From Amoebophrya sp. A120 (taxonomy: Eukaryota > Protista > Dinoflagellata): DNA of 64,000 bases. The stretch covers positions 3,463,675 to 3,527,674 of the forward strand of contig CAJINV010000001.1 in NCBI GenBank assembly GCA_905178155.1. The letters run 5' to 3'. Numbering within the stretch: position 1 is the stretch's first letter; each line of letters opens with the position of its first letter. The position numbers and the translations under genes were made by a program. A model generated the notes under the pieces. It saw only the letters and a list, made by a program, of their open reading frames with translations, had not been told where the DNA came from and ran no database searches. Below are positions 40,837 through 50,806 of this stretch, one piece after another.

Positions 40837-43306
40837 CCGTCGATGGCTGCGGGGAGGTGCGGATTCGCCTTTCTCACTACGGCACAAGCCGGAAGTGTAG
40901 CTTCGGGCCTGAATTTGAGACTTTGCTTCGACGACTTAACACTACTTACGCAGATGTACTATACTACGAATAAACTACGCAGCTTGCATTTATTTTCTCC
41001 GCGATAAAGCGAGCAATCACCTTCAGCTGCCGCTGTTGCACTTGCAGCTCAGTAACACGCCTGCGATCGGGAGAAGTGGATCTTGATGTTGGGGTGGAGC
41101 ACCTAGCGAAAGATGCGTTAGGCATTTAGGTTTTGTTTTCATGTCTTGTACTCGTGGAGCGAGCGTGCACTCGTGGAGCGTCTACTAGTAGAGTCATAAT
41201 CGAGTGACGGAGAAAGAGAGGTTTATGATTTTCCAAGGTTAGAGGGCGGCGTCGCGGAGGTATCTGGAGAGTCGTGTGCGGCGACGTTGATTGTTCGTGT
41301 AACTTGCACAGACCGCATGACCTCGTTGCTACAACGTACGCACGCAGACACCACCTATGACACTATCTGAATTTTGCTGAGCCCCCGAAAAAACTTTGCC
41401 AGGTTTGTGATTGTGATTAGCACAAGAAGTCCTCCATACGAGCCGCATTTCGTGTTGAATACAACATGTCATTCGTGCGCGTTCTCTCGCCCACAAGAAG
41501 CGGGACCGCATCACCGCGGATGCTTGCCATTTCAGAACTACAGGGAGCAAGACGGCGCGCTGAGGTTCCGCTTGCAAGCGTCGGCTCCGGCACGATTTTC
41601 CTTTTGCGCAGCATCTTTGTTGTTGTGGTTTTAGTGCTTTGTCTCGGGCTGGTCCCCCCGGTTTCCGCGACAAATGAAGCTCCGTCTTCCAAATTGCGGC
41701 GAGAGTCCATCTTATTGGATCAGGACGGCTCCGTGCAGAAGGAGACAGAAAACGTTGAGCAACATAAAGGTGCAGGAAGTACGAGGCCGTCTTCTTCATC
41801 GAGAACTTCGTTCACGCGAGGCCCGCGTGCTGCGCCAAGAGCGGAGCCTGTGTCTTCCTCCCGAACAGCACCTGGCAATCGAGGCACCTCATCATCTAGC
41901 CTGGTTTCTGCGTCCTTCTCCGGCGAGGGAATTCCCCGAACTGGTAGCGCGAGTAGCCGAGTTCAGGAGCGTTCCTCCCAGGCTGCATTTGATGCGGTAT
42001 ACATCATGCAGCATAAACTGGCAATCGCAGGCCAGATTAATGATACAGCCGGGGCAGGAGCGAGGAATTTGAGCGGGTTGAAGAATCTAGAGAACAGTCC
42101 GCTGGTGCAACCGCACGACACCCCGGCATCCCGCATGATCAAGCCGAGCGGACGCAATGAGTCTTCGCCCGTCGCGAAAGTTCCCTCGCTTTTGCCCGCG
42201 CCCTCACTCGCTCAAAAGACGAAGCGGGACGAAAATGATTGTGCTGGATATGACGATAAAGGCAACCTGCAAGCGAGCTTCCCTCTGGCGTTCGGGCGCA
42301 GTATGCTGCTCCAGCAATACTGTGGGCGCAAGGATCTATCAACCACAGTTCAGTATGGGCAGTTTTCCACCGGCACGCAAACTTGGCGAGTGAGCTATTG
42401 GCAATGGCATCCGACGGCAGTCGTTGACCGGATGTCGCAGCCGGCCATATTCAGTGGGGGCGCATACTGTCCTGGGAACGGTCTGCAAGTGTCGCGTTTG
42501 AAGGCTACGCGACTCGCTTTTAATGCCATGACTGGAATGGCAGAACTTGACGACTACGGTCCGACTTGCAGCACCTTGTGTCCAGATCGGGGTTTTCAAG
42601 ACGGAGTTGACACCGACGATCTTGCTGATCATGCTTATGATCCGAAACGCTTCACTACCAAAAGCAGATCGAGATTCAATGTTTTCGGTTTTCTCACCGC
42701 TTTGAATCCGCCGCCCGCCGCTTACTACAATGAGCAAATGGCTTCGGCTCCCGACGCGACAAGTGGAGTTCCGCAATTTCGAACGGAAACTGGTGACTCT
42801 CGCAACCCTCCGACAACCGCGAGTTGTCTTGCTGATGAAGTGATGGTTGGCGGCGGCTGTGACCGCGGTTCAAGCGGCATGGATGAATGCCTCTTGGCAG
42901 AGAATCGACCCGCGAGTTCTGGCACTGGTTGGTCCTGCGCGTACGTGTGCACAGGCAACAACGTTGAGCACAGTGTCGATGCCACGGCGGTTTGCATCGC
43001 TGCTAGCTTCTTTCAGGTTTTTTCAGGAAGTGCCGTTCCGACGTTTCGTCAAAACAGCGGCCCTGCTTTGTATTCGACAACCGGGAAGAAGTTTGGACCC
43101 AAGGTGAGCGTCGCGTGCCGTCCATCGGAGGTGATGATTGCGGCTGGGTGTGGTTACCACAATGATGCAGCACCGACAGGAGCCACCGGGTCGTACAACA
43201 CGCTACGCGGCTGGCAAAATCTGGAGCCTTTTAGCGTCACCGCCAACGAGCTGCCCGAGCTGCTGGGCGTCGAGCGACACACTGACATGAGAAGTGCAAC
43301 ATGTGT

Positions 43307-43608
43307 TATTGCAATGCACTCAGCACATGCCCCAAGATCCAATACGAACGATCCAAAGTAGATAGCACGATAGTGAAAGATGGAAATGTGATGGTGATCA
43401 CATACTGAAGATGGAGATGATGATGAGGATAAGATGCATGGTATGCACCTCATGACACGAACAGGAGTAGCCTCAATGGCTAAAGAATAAGAGCATAAAG
43501 ATACCCCCACGCTAACCACGTAGGACCTTAAGTAGGTCAATAGACATTTTGTATTTTGTTCTACCTGGATCGTATTCTTTGTTGGGTCTTGGTCTTGTTA
43601 GGTCCACA
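43307..43608 (+). repeat. 5' LTR
   Basis: TATTGCAATG...GGTCCACA; 3 substitutions counted by eye versus the 3' LTR. Confidence 0.95.
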
Positions 43609-43609
43609 G

Positions 43610-43624
43610 AGTTATGAGCCCAAC
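43610..43624 (+). promoter_or_regulatory. Primer binding site, half-tRNA(iMet) type
   Basis: AGTTATGAGCCCAAC immediately after the 5' LTR; resembles the GGTTATGRGCCC PBS of copia/Ty5/Osser. Confidence 0.8.
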
Positions 43625-43718
43625 ATCTTAAGCTTGTAAGATTTCAAGTACAATTTACACCCATAAAATATCTGTAAGTAGAACTACAGCACCCCTATCC
43701 CCGCACGAAGAGAAAGGA

Positions 43719-45671
43719 ATGTATTTCCTCGCGCTCGCGCTGAGCATCGCCGTCGCCTCCGTATTCGCCGAGTATCCCAAGGTAGCAGCAACCGCAATGG
43801 CAGGCGGGGTGCGCAACCAGACGGGTCCGAAGCACGGACGGCTGAATGCGGGCGATCGCAAGCAGCGCAACAAGCTGAAGATCGCAAGTCGAGACCAGGA
43901 GACTTCTGCTCATGAGGAACAGGATGACGAGCAGGATGAATATGTTTACGATGAAGACAATCCTGACTTCGGCGATGAGGACGAGCAGCCCTGGGAAGCC
44001 CAGGAGCACGGCGGGGGATTCCCGGTGAACGGCCTGGGGTCGAGTGACAAAAATCAGGACTATGGTGGGTCTGGCGAGCCGTTTCGCCTACGCCCAAACT
44101 CAGGAAGGATTTTTATCTCAGGAAGCCCCGGTGGGAATCCGGGTGGATCAGGATCTTTTTATAGCGGCAACCAGCAACAGGCCCAGGCACCGCAGGAGCT
44201 GGAGCTGAAAAAGTTGCCGAAGTACAAGGACCAGACTTCGCTCTTCTACCGCTGGATCAATCTTGCAATGCAGAAATACCCCGCGGACTACGAGCGTATT
44301 TTGGATGGCCTGGAGGCCCGAGTCGAAAACTCGGTCGCGTTGTCTCGGTGGATGGAAATCATCGGTCGTGATGAAATTGCGCAGATGCAAAACGCAGAGC
44401 GGAAGCTGAAAGCCGCTCGGGATGCGTACAAGGAGCAGTGGGAGCAGGGTTCGGTCGCTGCGTCGATCTTGGAAAGCTACAAGCAGCAGGCGACGCAAAA
44501 GCCCTCGAATTTCCACGACGAGTTCATGAAGCGTGCTGCGAAGGTCGACAGCACGCAGGTTCCCGTGTCCGAACAGATTCGCATTATGGAAAATAACGCG
44601 CTTGGACATCTGCAGGCCGCGATGATTATGCTGAAGCCGGGCAACATGTCCGAAGTTGCCGAAGCCGTCAGTCGTGCCGACAAACTGCACCAGAAGCAGC
44701 CACCCCAGAAGAACACTGCTGGAGCCAACGCGCAAAATGGTGGAAATCAGCAGAGTTCGTTCTACACGAACCAAAATCAGGGCCAGTGGCAGCATGGTGG
44801 TAACGGCAAGCACAATGGCGGGAAAGGCAAGGGCCGCCGCGACTTTTGGAAAAAGAAGAAAGGCAAAGGTCGCAATGGGTGCAACAACTACCGGAACAAC
44901 TATCAGAACAATGGCGGTGGTGGTTGGAACAACAACTACAACCAACCGCAACAAGGTGGTGACCAGAATTACCATGCCCAAAACGCAAACTGGAATCAAC
45001 AGCAGCAGGGCAACTGGCAGAACCAGGGCGGTGGTCAGAGTTTTGCTGTGCAGCAGCCGCAGCAACAGCACAATCAGCCGCCGCAGCAGCAGATGATGAT
45101 CGCAAACCAGCCTTGGAACCAGAACCAACAGCCGAATCAGGTGCAGTACACCAACAACCATCCGCAACAGCAGGGTGGACAGTTTTTCGGAAGTTTCGTG
45201 GTTTTGGAAAAGAAGGAGTGGAGTTTTGCTGCTAGCCAACCCACGGGCACGCAGGAACGCAACCAGGGGGTTGCTACAAAGTGGGTTCTACTGGACTCTG
45301 GGTCGAGCCGCCACTTGACGGGGGACTTGGAGCTGGTTCACGAACACCGGAATACCCATGAGGAGTTGATTACTGCTAGCGATGCCGCAGCTGTCGCTAC
45401 TGGAGTGGGAAAAATGGTCGGTCAAGGTTTCGAGTGTAAGGATACACTTTTTGTCCCCTCGCTAGGGGAAAAGACCGTTTTGTCGATGCCCAAGCTGTTA
45501 GCCGCTGGCATTTATCCGAACTTTCAGTCGGGCACCTGCATGGGATATCCGATGCAGATACGCAACGGAATTCTACAGATGCAGTTGACATTCAAACTGA
45601 ATCAGATGGCTACTGATAGTGTGCTGTTTGTAAGCATCGGGGGAACTTCGCAGCTGGCGAACATCCTCTGA
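43719..45671 (+). CDS. gag: Gag-protease of copia element
   Basis: WVLLDSGSSRHLTG copia-type aspartic protease motif, preceded by a helical capsid-like region and a basic Q/N/G-rich region. Confidence 0.88.
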   Translation: MYFLALALSIAVASVFAEYPKVAATAMAGGVRNQTGPKHGRLNAGDRKQRNKLKIASRDQETSAHEEQDDEQDEYVYDEDNPDFGDEDEQPWEAQEHGGGFPVNGLGSSDKNQDYGGSGEPFRLRPNSGRIFISGSPGGNPGGSGSFYSGNQQQAQAPQELELKKLPKYKDQTSLFYRWINLAMQKYPADYERILDGLEARVENSVALSRWMEIIGRDEIAQMQNAERKLKAARDAYKEQWEQGSVAASILESYKQQATQKPSNFHDEFMKRAAKVDSTQVPVSEQIRIMENNALGHLQAAMIMLKPGNMSEVAEAVSRADKLHQKQPPQKNTAGANAQNGGNQQSSFYTNQNQGQWQHGGNGKHNGGKGKGRRDFWKKKKGKGRNGCNNYRNNYQNNGGGGWNNNYNQPQQGGDQNYHAQNANWNQQQQGNWQNQGGGQSFAVQQPQQQHNQPPQQQMMIANQPWNQNQQPNQVQYTNNHPQQQGGQFFGSFVVLEKKEWSFAASQPTGTQERNQGVATKWVLLDSGSSRHLTGDLELVHEHRNTHEELITASDAAAVATGVGKMVGQGFECKDTLFVPSLGEKTVLSMPKLLAAGIYPNFQSGTCMGYPMQIRNGILQMQLTFKLNQMATDSVLFVSIGGTSQLANIL

Positions 45672-48600
45672 CTATCCCACTCCACGCACGACGAGTACGC
45701 CGAATTTAGGCCGTACAGCTATGATTATGCTAATTCGCCGCTAGAAATTAATATTGATAGTGAAGACCTCAGCCAAGCCATTGCATGCATAATCGCACGC
45801 ATGTCGCCCAGTTTCAGTGGAAAGACGATTTTGCTTTACAAGTTTCGGGACGAAGATACCAAGCGAAAATTGCGTATTATCGAGTGTATGGTCGGTGAAG
45901 CGATTCCAATTCTCGATGGCAATCGCGCGCAGGAGTTTGTTGATGGCGGAAACTTTAGATGCTTTGCCGCTTCGCAAACTGATAAACGGGCTCGAGAAAT
46001 GTCAAGTGCAATTTCGCAAGTTTTTGACGTTTCTGTGAATCCGGGTCCTCCTAAAAAAGATTCCTCTCCCCCCTCGCCGGCATCGGTCGATGAGAATCTG
46101 AACAAAAGTTCAGGACCATCGAAAGATCCGACGGCAGCACGCAAGAAGAAAAAGAAAAAGGGGAAGAAAGTTCTGAAGAGGGTCAAGCCTGCCCGAAAGT
46201 ATCGGAAAGGCGTTGACACCACGCTGCGCCAACCCAAGGCGGGAATCTCGTATGAGAAAATCTGCCAACTTTCTTCGCGCCTGGTCTTCCCGACATTTCA
46301 GAAACTCTGGGAGGTTGTGAAGCAGATTGATTCCTCGCCAAAGGCTCGAAAAATGGTGATTGGTTTCTGCAAACACAATCTGAACCGTCTGAAAAATTAT
46401 GCTTTTCCGCATCACACCACTGGGGGCGTGGATGGCTTGAAGTTGTCTGATTTTACATCTTCGGATACATTTTTTCCTTTGGGGAAAAAGTACGCAGCAC
46501 TACACGCGATGAATTTGCATAGTCGTGCGAGCTACACAAAGACTTTGAAGCATGTGCCCAAAGCTTCGGATGCAGTTGAATTCTTAGAAAAGGTCAGGGG
46601 ACTCGGATTGCTAGGCCGGGCCCTCTTGTGCGACCAGGGTAAGGAATTTGACAACAGCCAAGTCAGATCGTATTTGCAGCGCCATGGGATTGCTCTTTAC
46701 CTAATTCCAAAAAGTAGTTGGGTCAATGGTTCGATCGAAAGACGCCATCGCACTTTTAGAGCGGTGCTAGAAAAGCTGTATTACATTTTTGGCCAGAGTG
46801 CGTCCTTGGTTCCACTTCTTGTGGAACAAGCGACCAATGCGGTGAACATGACCCCAACTCGGGCCTTGGATGGGTTGTGCCCATACCAAGCCCAATGGGC
46901 TTTGAATCCCTACGCGCTGGAGCCTGACGATCCTGAGTCTGCTACTCTGCAGCAGGCTGAGTTGATGGTCACTAAGGATGCCACCTGTGAGGCATACAAT
47001 GCGAGATGCAAGGCCAGGGCCGAAATTGAATCTCTGAAACAGGATAAGCAATTTATCTCTAAGATGAAGAAGCTTACCGAGATGCAGAGAAATTTTTATC
47101 CTCAAGCGGATAAGATTGAAGTTGATTCTTTGGTAGATATTTTCGACAAAAACTCGCATGCCTGGCTGGGACCTGCTAAGGCTATTTACAAGCAGACTAA
47201 TGCGAACTCCGTTACGTTTGTTGTAGATCACGATGGGAATTTTAAGCGAGTGCACGCGTCGCATGTGCGACAGCATCTGACTTTTGATCAGATGAATTTT
47301 CCTCCATCGCTCCTCCGTGTTGTCAGAAAAACACACGGCGAAAAAGTACCGAAAGAAGTTGACACATCAGAGCTGGTTCCAGTTAAAGTCAAATTTGAGT
47401 CGGCGTCGAAAGATTTCCAGTACGCGAAAAAGAATGCCAAAAAGCTGAAGGTGAAACGCAGGAAAGGGCGAAAGATATTCACTTCTTGCGCCCCGTTACT
47501 GATTTCCCCTGCGAGTTCTGAGATAGATTCATCCATGGCGCCTGTGATGCATCCTTCCCAGTCTCCAAAATTAGATGATGAGCTTTTGGGCGACGACGCT
47601 TTAGGCGGTTCCGCGGAGATCGGCGGGAATCTTGGCTCGAATTCCAATTCTACAAAGAATGCGGAAGTCGAATCCCATGCCCGACCGTCAGCGCCTAAGT
47701 TACGACTCACAAAAGATTACGCCAGAGATGTCTACCGTAATCTTGAAAAGAAAGAAAGAGAAAAGCTGAGACGGATAGCGGCCAATGCTGGCCCCGTCCG
47801 GGGAGCATGGAGAGAACGCAATGAAGCCATTGCTGAAATTCGTGAAGTTATTGACTCGCAGCCCATCTATGAACACATGAAAGAGCAGCAGAGGCAGAAA
47901 GTTGCTCAAGATTTGTTTCACCAAGCAAAAATCGATCCGCTAGGGCCGATTGAAAATGATGAGTCTTGCAGCTTCGTCATTCCGTTTTTGTGTCCCGATT
48001 GGGAGGAGCACGAAGTTGCTGTTTGTTTCAAAGCAACTATTGCTTCTGCCCCTGTTAAGGAGTCGGAAGTGGAATCGCAAGCAGATTGGCAGCAAGCCAT
48101 TACGAAAGAAGTTAATGCGCATTCGCATGTTTTCAGAGTTGCTAGGCAAAAAGAGGTCGATGAATGGGTCGCGGAAGGCAATAGATTTATTCCTTGCCGC
48201 ATGATCCTCAGTGTGAAAAGAGACCAACGCAAAAAGGCTCGAATCGTGTGCCTCGGTTACATGGACTATGTTTCTAGCCACGATGAGAAATTCGCTGAAG
48301 TGCCAGACCTATGCATTTTGCGTTTGCTTGTCGCTATTGCATGCCAGAATCCAAATATTTGCATGCTGCCCGCGGATGCCCGCAATGCATTTTTGCAGTC
48401 GCGCTACCCTGTTAAAGTTTTAGTTGCTCTCGACGAGCGTCTTCAAAAACTTTTAGGCTACAAGTATGCCGTTGTTTTGTATGCGCTCAACGGTTTGCGG
48501 TTGTCTCCCAAGGCGTGGGCTGTACACCGAGACCAAAAGTTGAGTGAGCATGGCTGGGCTAGGAATCCCTGTGAGCCAACGCTTTGGCATAGACAGGATG

Positions 48601-49616
48601 TAATTTTGGTAGTGTTTGTAGACAACTTTTGGCTCTTCGGACCGCGCGCCGCTTGTGAGCAAGCGCGAAAAGATTTGGAAGAACCTCTGCGACTTTTTCT
48701 TGAAGATGTCAAAGACACTGCAACGCATCGCACTTACGATTTGTTAGGCATTGAATTGATTCAAGATAAGAAAACTGGCGATGTAACTCTATCGCAGGAC
48801 GCCTATGTGACGAAGATTTTAGAGCGGTTCGGCGGGAATATCAGTGGCAAAGCTTTGGCATGCCCTATGATAACCGCTCCAGACCCTTCGTCCGAAGAAA
48901 AGCCTGAACTTGTGAAACTCAAGCAGGAATACTGTGGCTCTTTGAATTATCTTGCTACTAGCACTCGTATGGACATCGTAGTAGCACTAAAGTTCTGTGC
49001 TAAGGCTAAGGCCACGGAAGAAACTATCACCGCGCTAAAACGCATCTTCCGATACCTACGCACGAGGAGAGTGCTGGTTTACCGAAATCGCCAGGAAACG
49101 CTCAAAGGGAAACTGACACTGAGTGTATGGACGGACAGCGATTTTGGAGCACAAGAAGGCCGCCAATCTATCAGTGGAATCGTAGTGAACGTTTGTGGAT
49201 GCCCGATATTCTGGAGGGCAATTACGCAGTCGAGTGTGGCAACGTCGGTGACAGAAGCGGAAATTGTTTCTATGACTGATGGGGCTACGACTGTGTTGCG
49301 ATTTTACTATGTCATGAACACACTACAAAACTGGCTTGGTAACTACTTTCCTATTCCGAAGATTTCTTTACCGATTTCTCTGAAGTGTGACAATCAGGGA
49401 GGTCAAAAATATGCTTTGAATCGCACTGGTACTTCAGGACGCCTGAAGCATTTAGATGTACGCGTTTGTTGTATACGCGACGTAGTGGCGAGATCACTAC
49501 TGCTACCGATATATTTTGAAAGTGCCAAAAACAAGTCCAACGGATTAACGAAGATCACCACTGGATTTGAACACTCTTCGTTTTGTGATATGAGTGGAAT
49601 TGTTGAACTTCCATAA
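45672..49616 (+). CDS. pol: Integrase-reverse transcriptase-RNase H of copia element (same frame as gag-PR; first ATG 45801)
   Basis: CDQGKEF and NGSIERRHRT (integrase); KARIVCLGY, DARNAFLQ, ALNGLRLSPKAW (RT); WTDSDFG, SVTEAE, CDNQG, KHLDVR (RNase H). Confidence 0.93.
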   Translation, partial: LSHSTHDEYAEFRPYSYDYANSPLEINIDSEDLSQAIACIIARMSPSFSGKTILLYKFRDEDTKRKLRIIECMVGEAIPILDGNRAQEFVDGGNFRCFAASQTDKRAREMSSAISQVFDVSVNPGPPKKDSSPPSPASVDENLNKSSGPSKDPTAARKKKKKKGKKVLKRVKPARKYRKGVDTTLRQPKAGISYEKICQLSSRLVFPTFQKLWEVVKQIDSSPKARKMVIGFCKHNLNRLKNYAFPHHTTGGVDGLKLSDFTSSDTFFPLGKKYAALHAMNLHSRASYTKTLKHVPKASDAVEFLEKVRGLGLLGRALLCDQGKEFDNSQVRSYLQRHGIALYLIPKSSWVNGSIERRHRTFRAVLEKLYYIFGQSASLVPLLVEQATNAVNMTPTRALDGLCPYQAQWALNPYALEPDDPESATLQQAELMVTKDATCEAYNARCKARAEIESLKQDKQFISKMKKLTEMQRNFYPQADKIEVDSLVDIFDKNSHAWLGPAKAIYKQTNANSVTFVVDHDGNFKRVHASHVRQHLTFDQMNFPPSLLRVVRKTHGEKVPKEVDTSELVPVKVKFESASKDFQYAKKNAKKLKVKRRKGRKIFTSCAPLLISPASSEIDSSMAPVMHPSQSPKLDDELLGDDALGGSAEIGGNLGSNSNSTKNAEVESHARPSAPKLRLTKDYARDVYRNLEKKEREKLRRIAANAGPVRGAWRERNEAIAEIREVIDSQPIYEHMKEQQRQKVAQDLFHQAKIDPLGPIENDESCSFVIPFLCPDWEEHEVAVCFKATIASAPVKESEVESQADWQQAITKEVNAHSHVFRVARQKEVDEWVAEGNRFIPCRMILSVKRDQRKKARIVCLGYMDYVSSHDEKFAEVPDLCILRLLVAIACQNPNICMLPADARNAFLQSRYPVKVLVALDERLQKLLGYKYAVVLYALNGLRLSPKAWAVHRDQKLSEHGWARNPCEPTLWHRQDVILVVFVDNFWLFGPRAACEQARKDLEEPLRLFLEDVKDTATHRTYDLLGIELIQDKKTGDVTLSQDAYVTKILERFGGNISGKALACPMITAPDPSSEEKPELVKLKQEYCGSLNYLATSTRMDIVVALKFCAKAKATEETITALKRIFRYLRTRRVLVYRNRQETLKGKLTLSVWTDSDFGAQEGRQSISGIVVNVCGCPIFWRAITQSSVATSVTEAEIVSMTDGATTVLRFYYVMNTLQNWLGNYFPIPKISLPISLKCDNQGGQKYALNRTGTSGRLKHLDVRVCCIRDVVARSLLLPIYFESAKNKSNGLTKITTGFEHSSFCDMSGIVELP

Positions 49617-49903
49617 AAATTTCAGGTGCTAAGACGAGAACCGGGCTGAGCTTTTCGATCGTGGGTCGTCAGGGGTTTGACGAAAACACGATGAGAATCT
49701 AGCATCTTGGATGCTAAAACCGGTTAAAAGTCAGCATATGGGGGGCAGCTCGATTAAGCCCCATAAATGCGTAATAACATCGGTTGAAGCCCTTATTTGT
49801 TTGTAGGCTTATGCGAAAAGTGTTTTTCGATTTTCCTACTGCTTTAGGCTTTGAGAAGAAAAGTTTTTACGATTTGAAAATGGATTGATATTCGATTGGA
49901 CTT

Positions 49904-49917
49904 GGAGCAGGGGAGGC
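49904..49917 (+). promoter_or_regulatory. Polypurine tract
   Basis: GGAGCAGGGGAGGC directly before the 3' LTR. Confidence 0.8.
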
Positions 49918-50219
49918 TATTGCAATGCACTCAGCACATGCCCCAAGATCCAATACGAACGATCCAAAGTAGATAGCACGATAGTGAAAGATGGAATTGT
50001 GATGGTGATCACATACTGAAGATGGAGATGATGATGAGGATAAGATGCATGGTATGCACCTCATGACACGAACAGGAGTAGCCTCAATGGCTAAAGATTA
50101 AGAGCATAAAGATACCCCCACGCTAACCACGTAGGACCTTAAGTAGGTCAATAAACATTTTGTATTTTGTTCTACCTGGATCGTATTCTTTGTTGGGTCT
50201 TGGTCTTGTTAGGTCCACA
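49918..50219 (+). repeat. 3' LTR
   Basis: Near-identical direct repeat of 43307-43608. Confidence 0.95.
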
Positions 50220-50806
50220 TGTGTCGCCAGGGTGTCCCCTGACGCAGCCGAGCTTTTAAGTAACTTTGGAGCATTCGCGCTGTGCCTCGCACCGCCAGAG
50301 GGGCCGACTTGCGCCAGTGGGTACAGTTCAGGCGCCCTCCCTCATCCCGTGTGCCCATCGGGTTACCACAGCTTTGACGCGGCAGGTTGCGCAGCAGCAG
50401 GGAGCCGTAACATTTGCAGCCCGATCAACAACTACTGCGACGCGGACAAGTGCAAAGAGGTATGCTGTATCTCGAAGGACACGACGTGCAAGCCTTGCGA
50501 AAATGGTATGCACGGCGCTCCATCTGCTTGCACGGGTCCGGGCGAGGAAAACTGTGCTTCGTGCGACGAAGGCTACATTCTCCACGGCACTGCTTGTGTT
50601 CCAGTGGCCACCCCGTACGAAAATGATTGCGCTGGCTACAACAATACCGACGGCGAGATGCAGACGACTTTTCCCCTGGCTTTTGGCCGCAGTTTGCTGC
50701 TGCAGCAGTACTGCGGGCGGAATGACAGAGTGGCTGATAACATCCGATTTGAACACGGGCAACGCACTAATCGCGTGACGTACTATCGTCCGGCTGCCGG
50801 CAGAGG

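Larger units (their letters stand above)
43307..50219 (+). mobile_element. Full-length Ty1/copia LTR retrotransposon, TSD TGTGT
   Basis: Two 302-bp LTRs, PBS, PPT, domain order PR-IN-RT-RH; TGTGT at 43302-43306 and 50220-50224. Confidence 0.96.

Noticed and set aside
50160-50222. 3' LTR end in frame with the downstream host exon, giving a hydrophobic leader
   Set aside because: It starts at TTG with no in-frame ATG; no support for a rescued fusion
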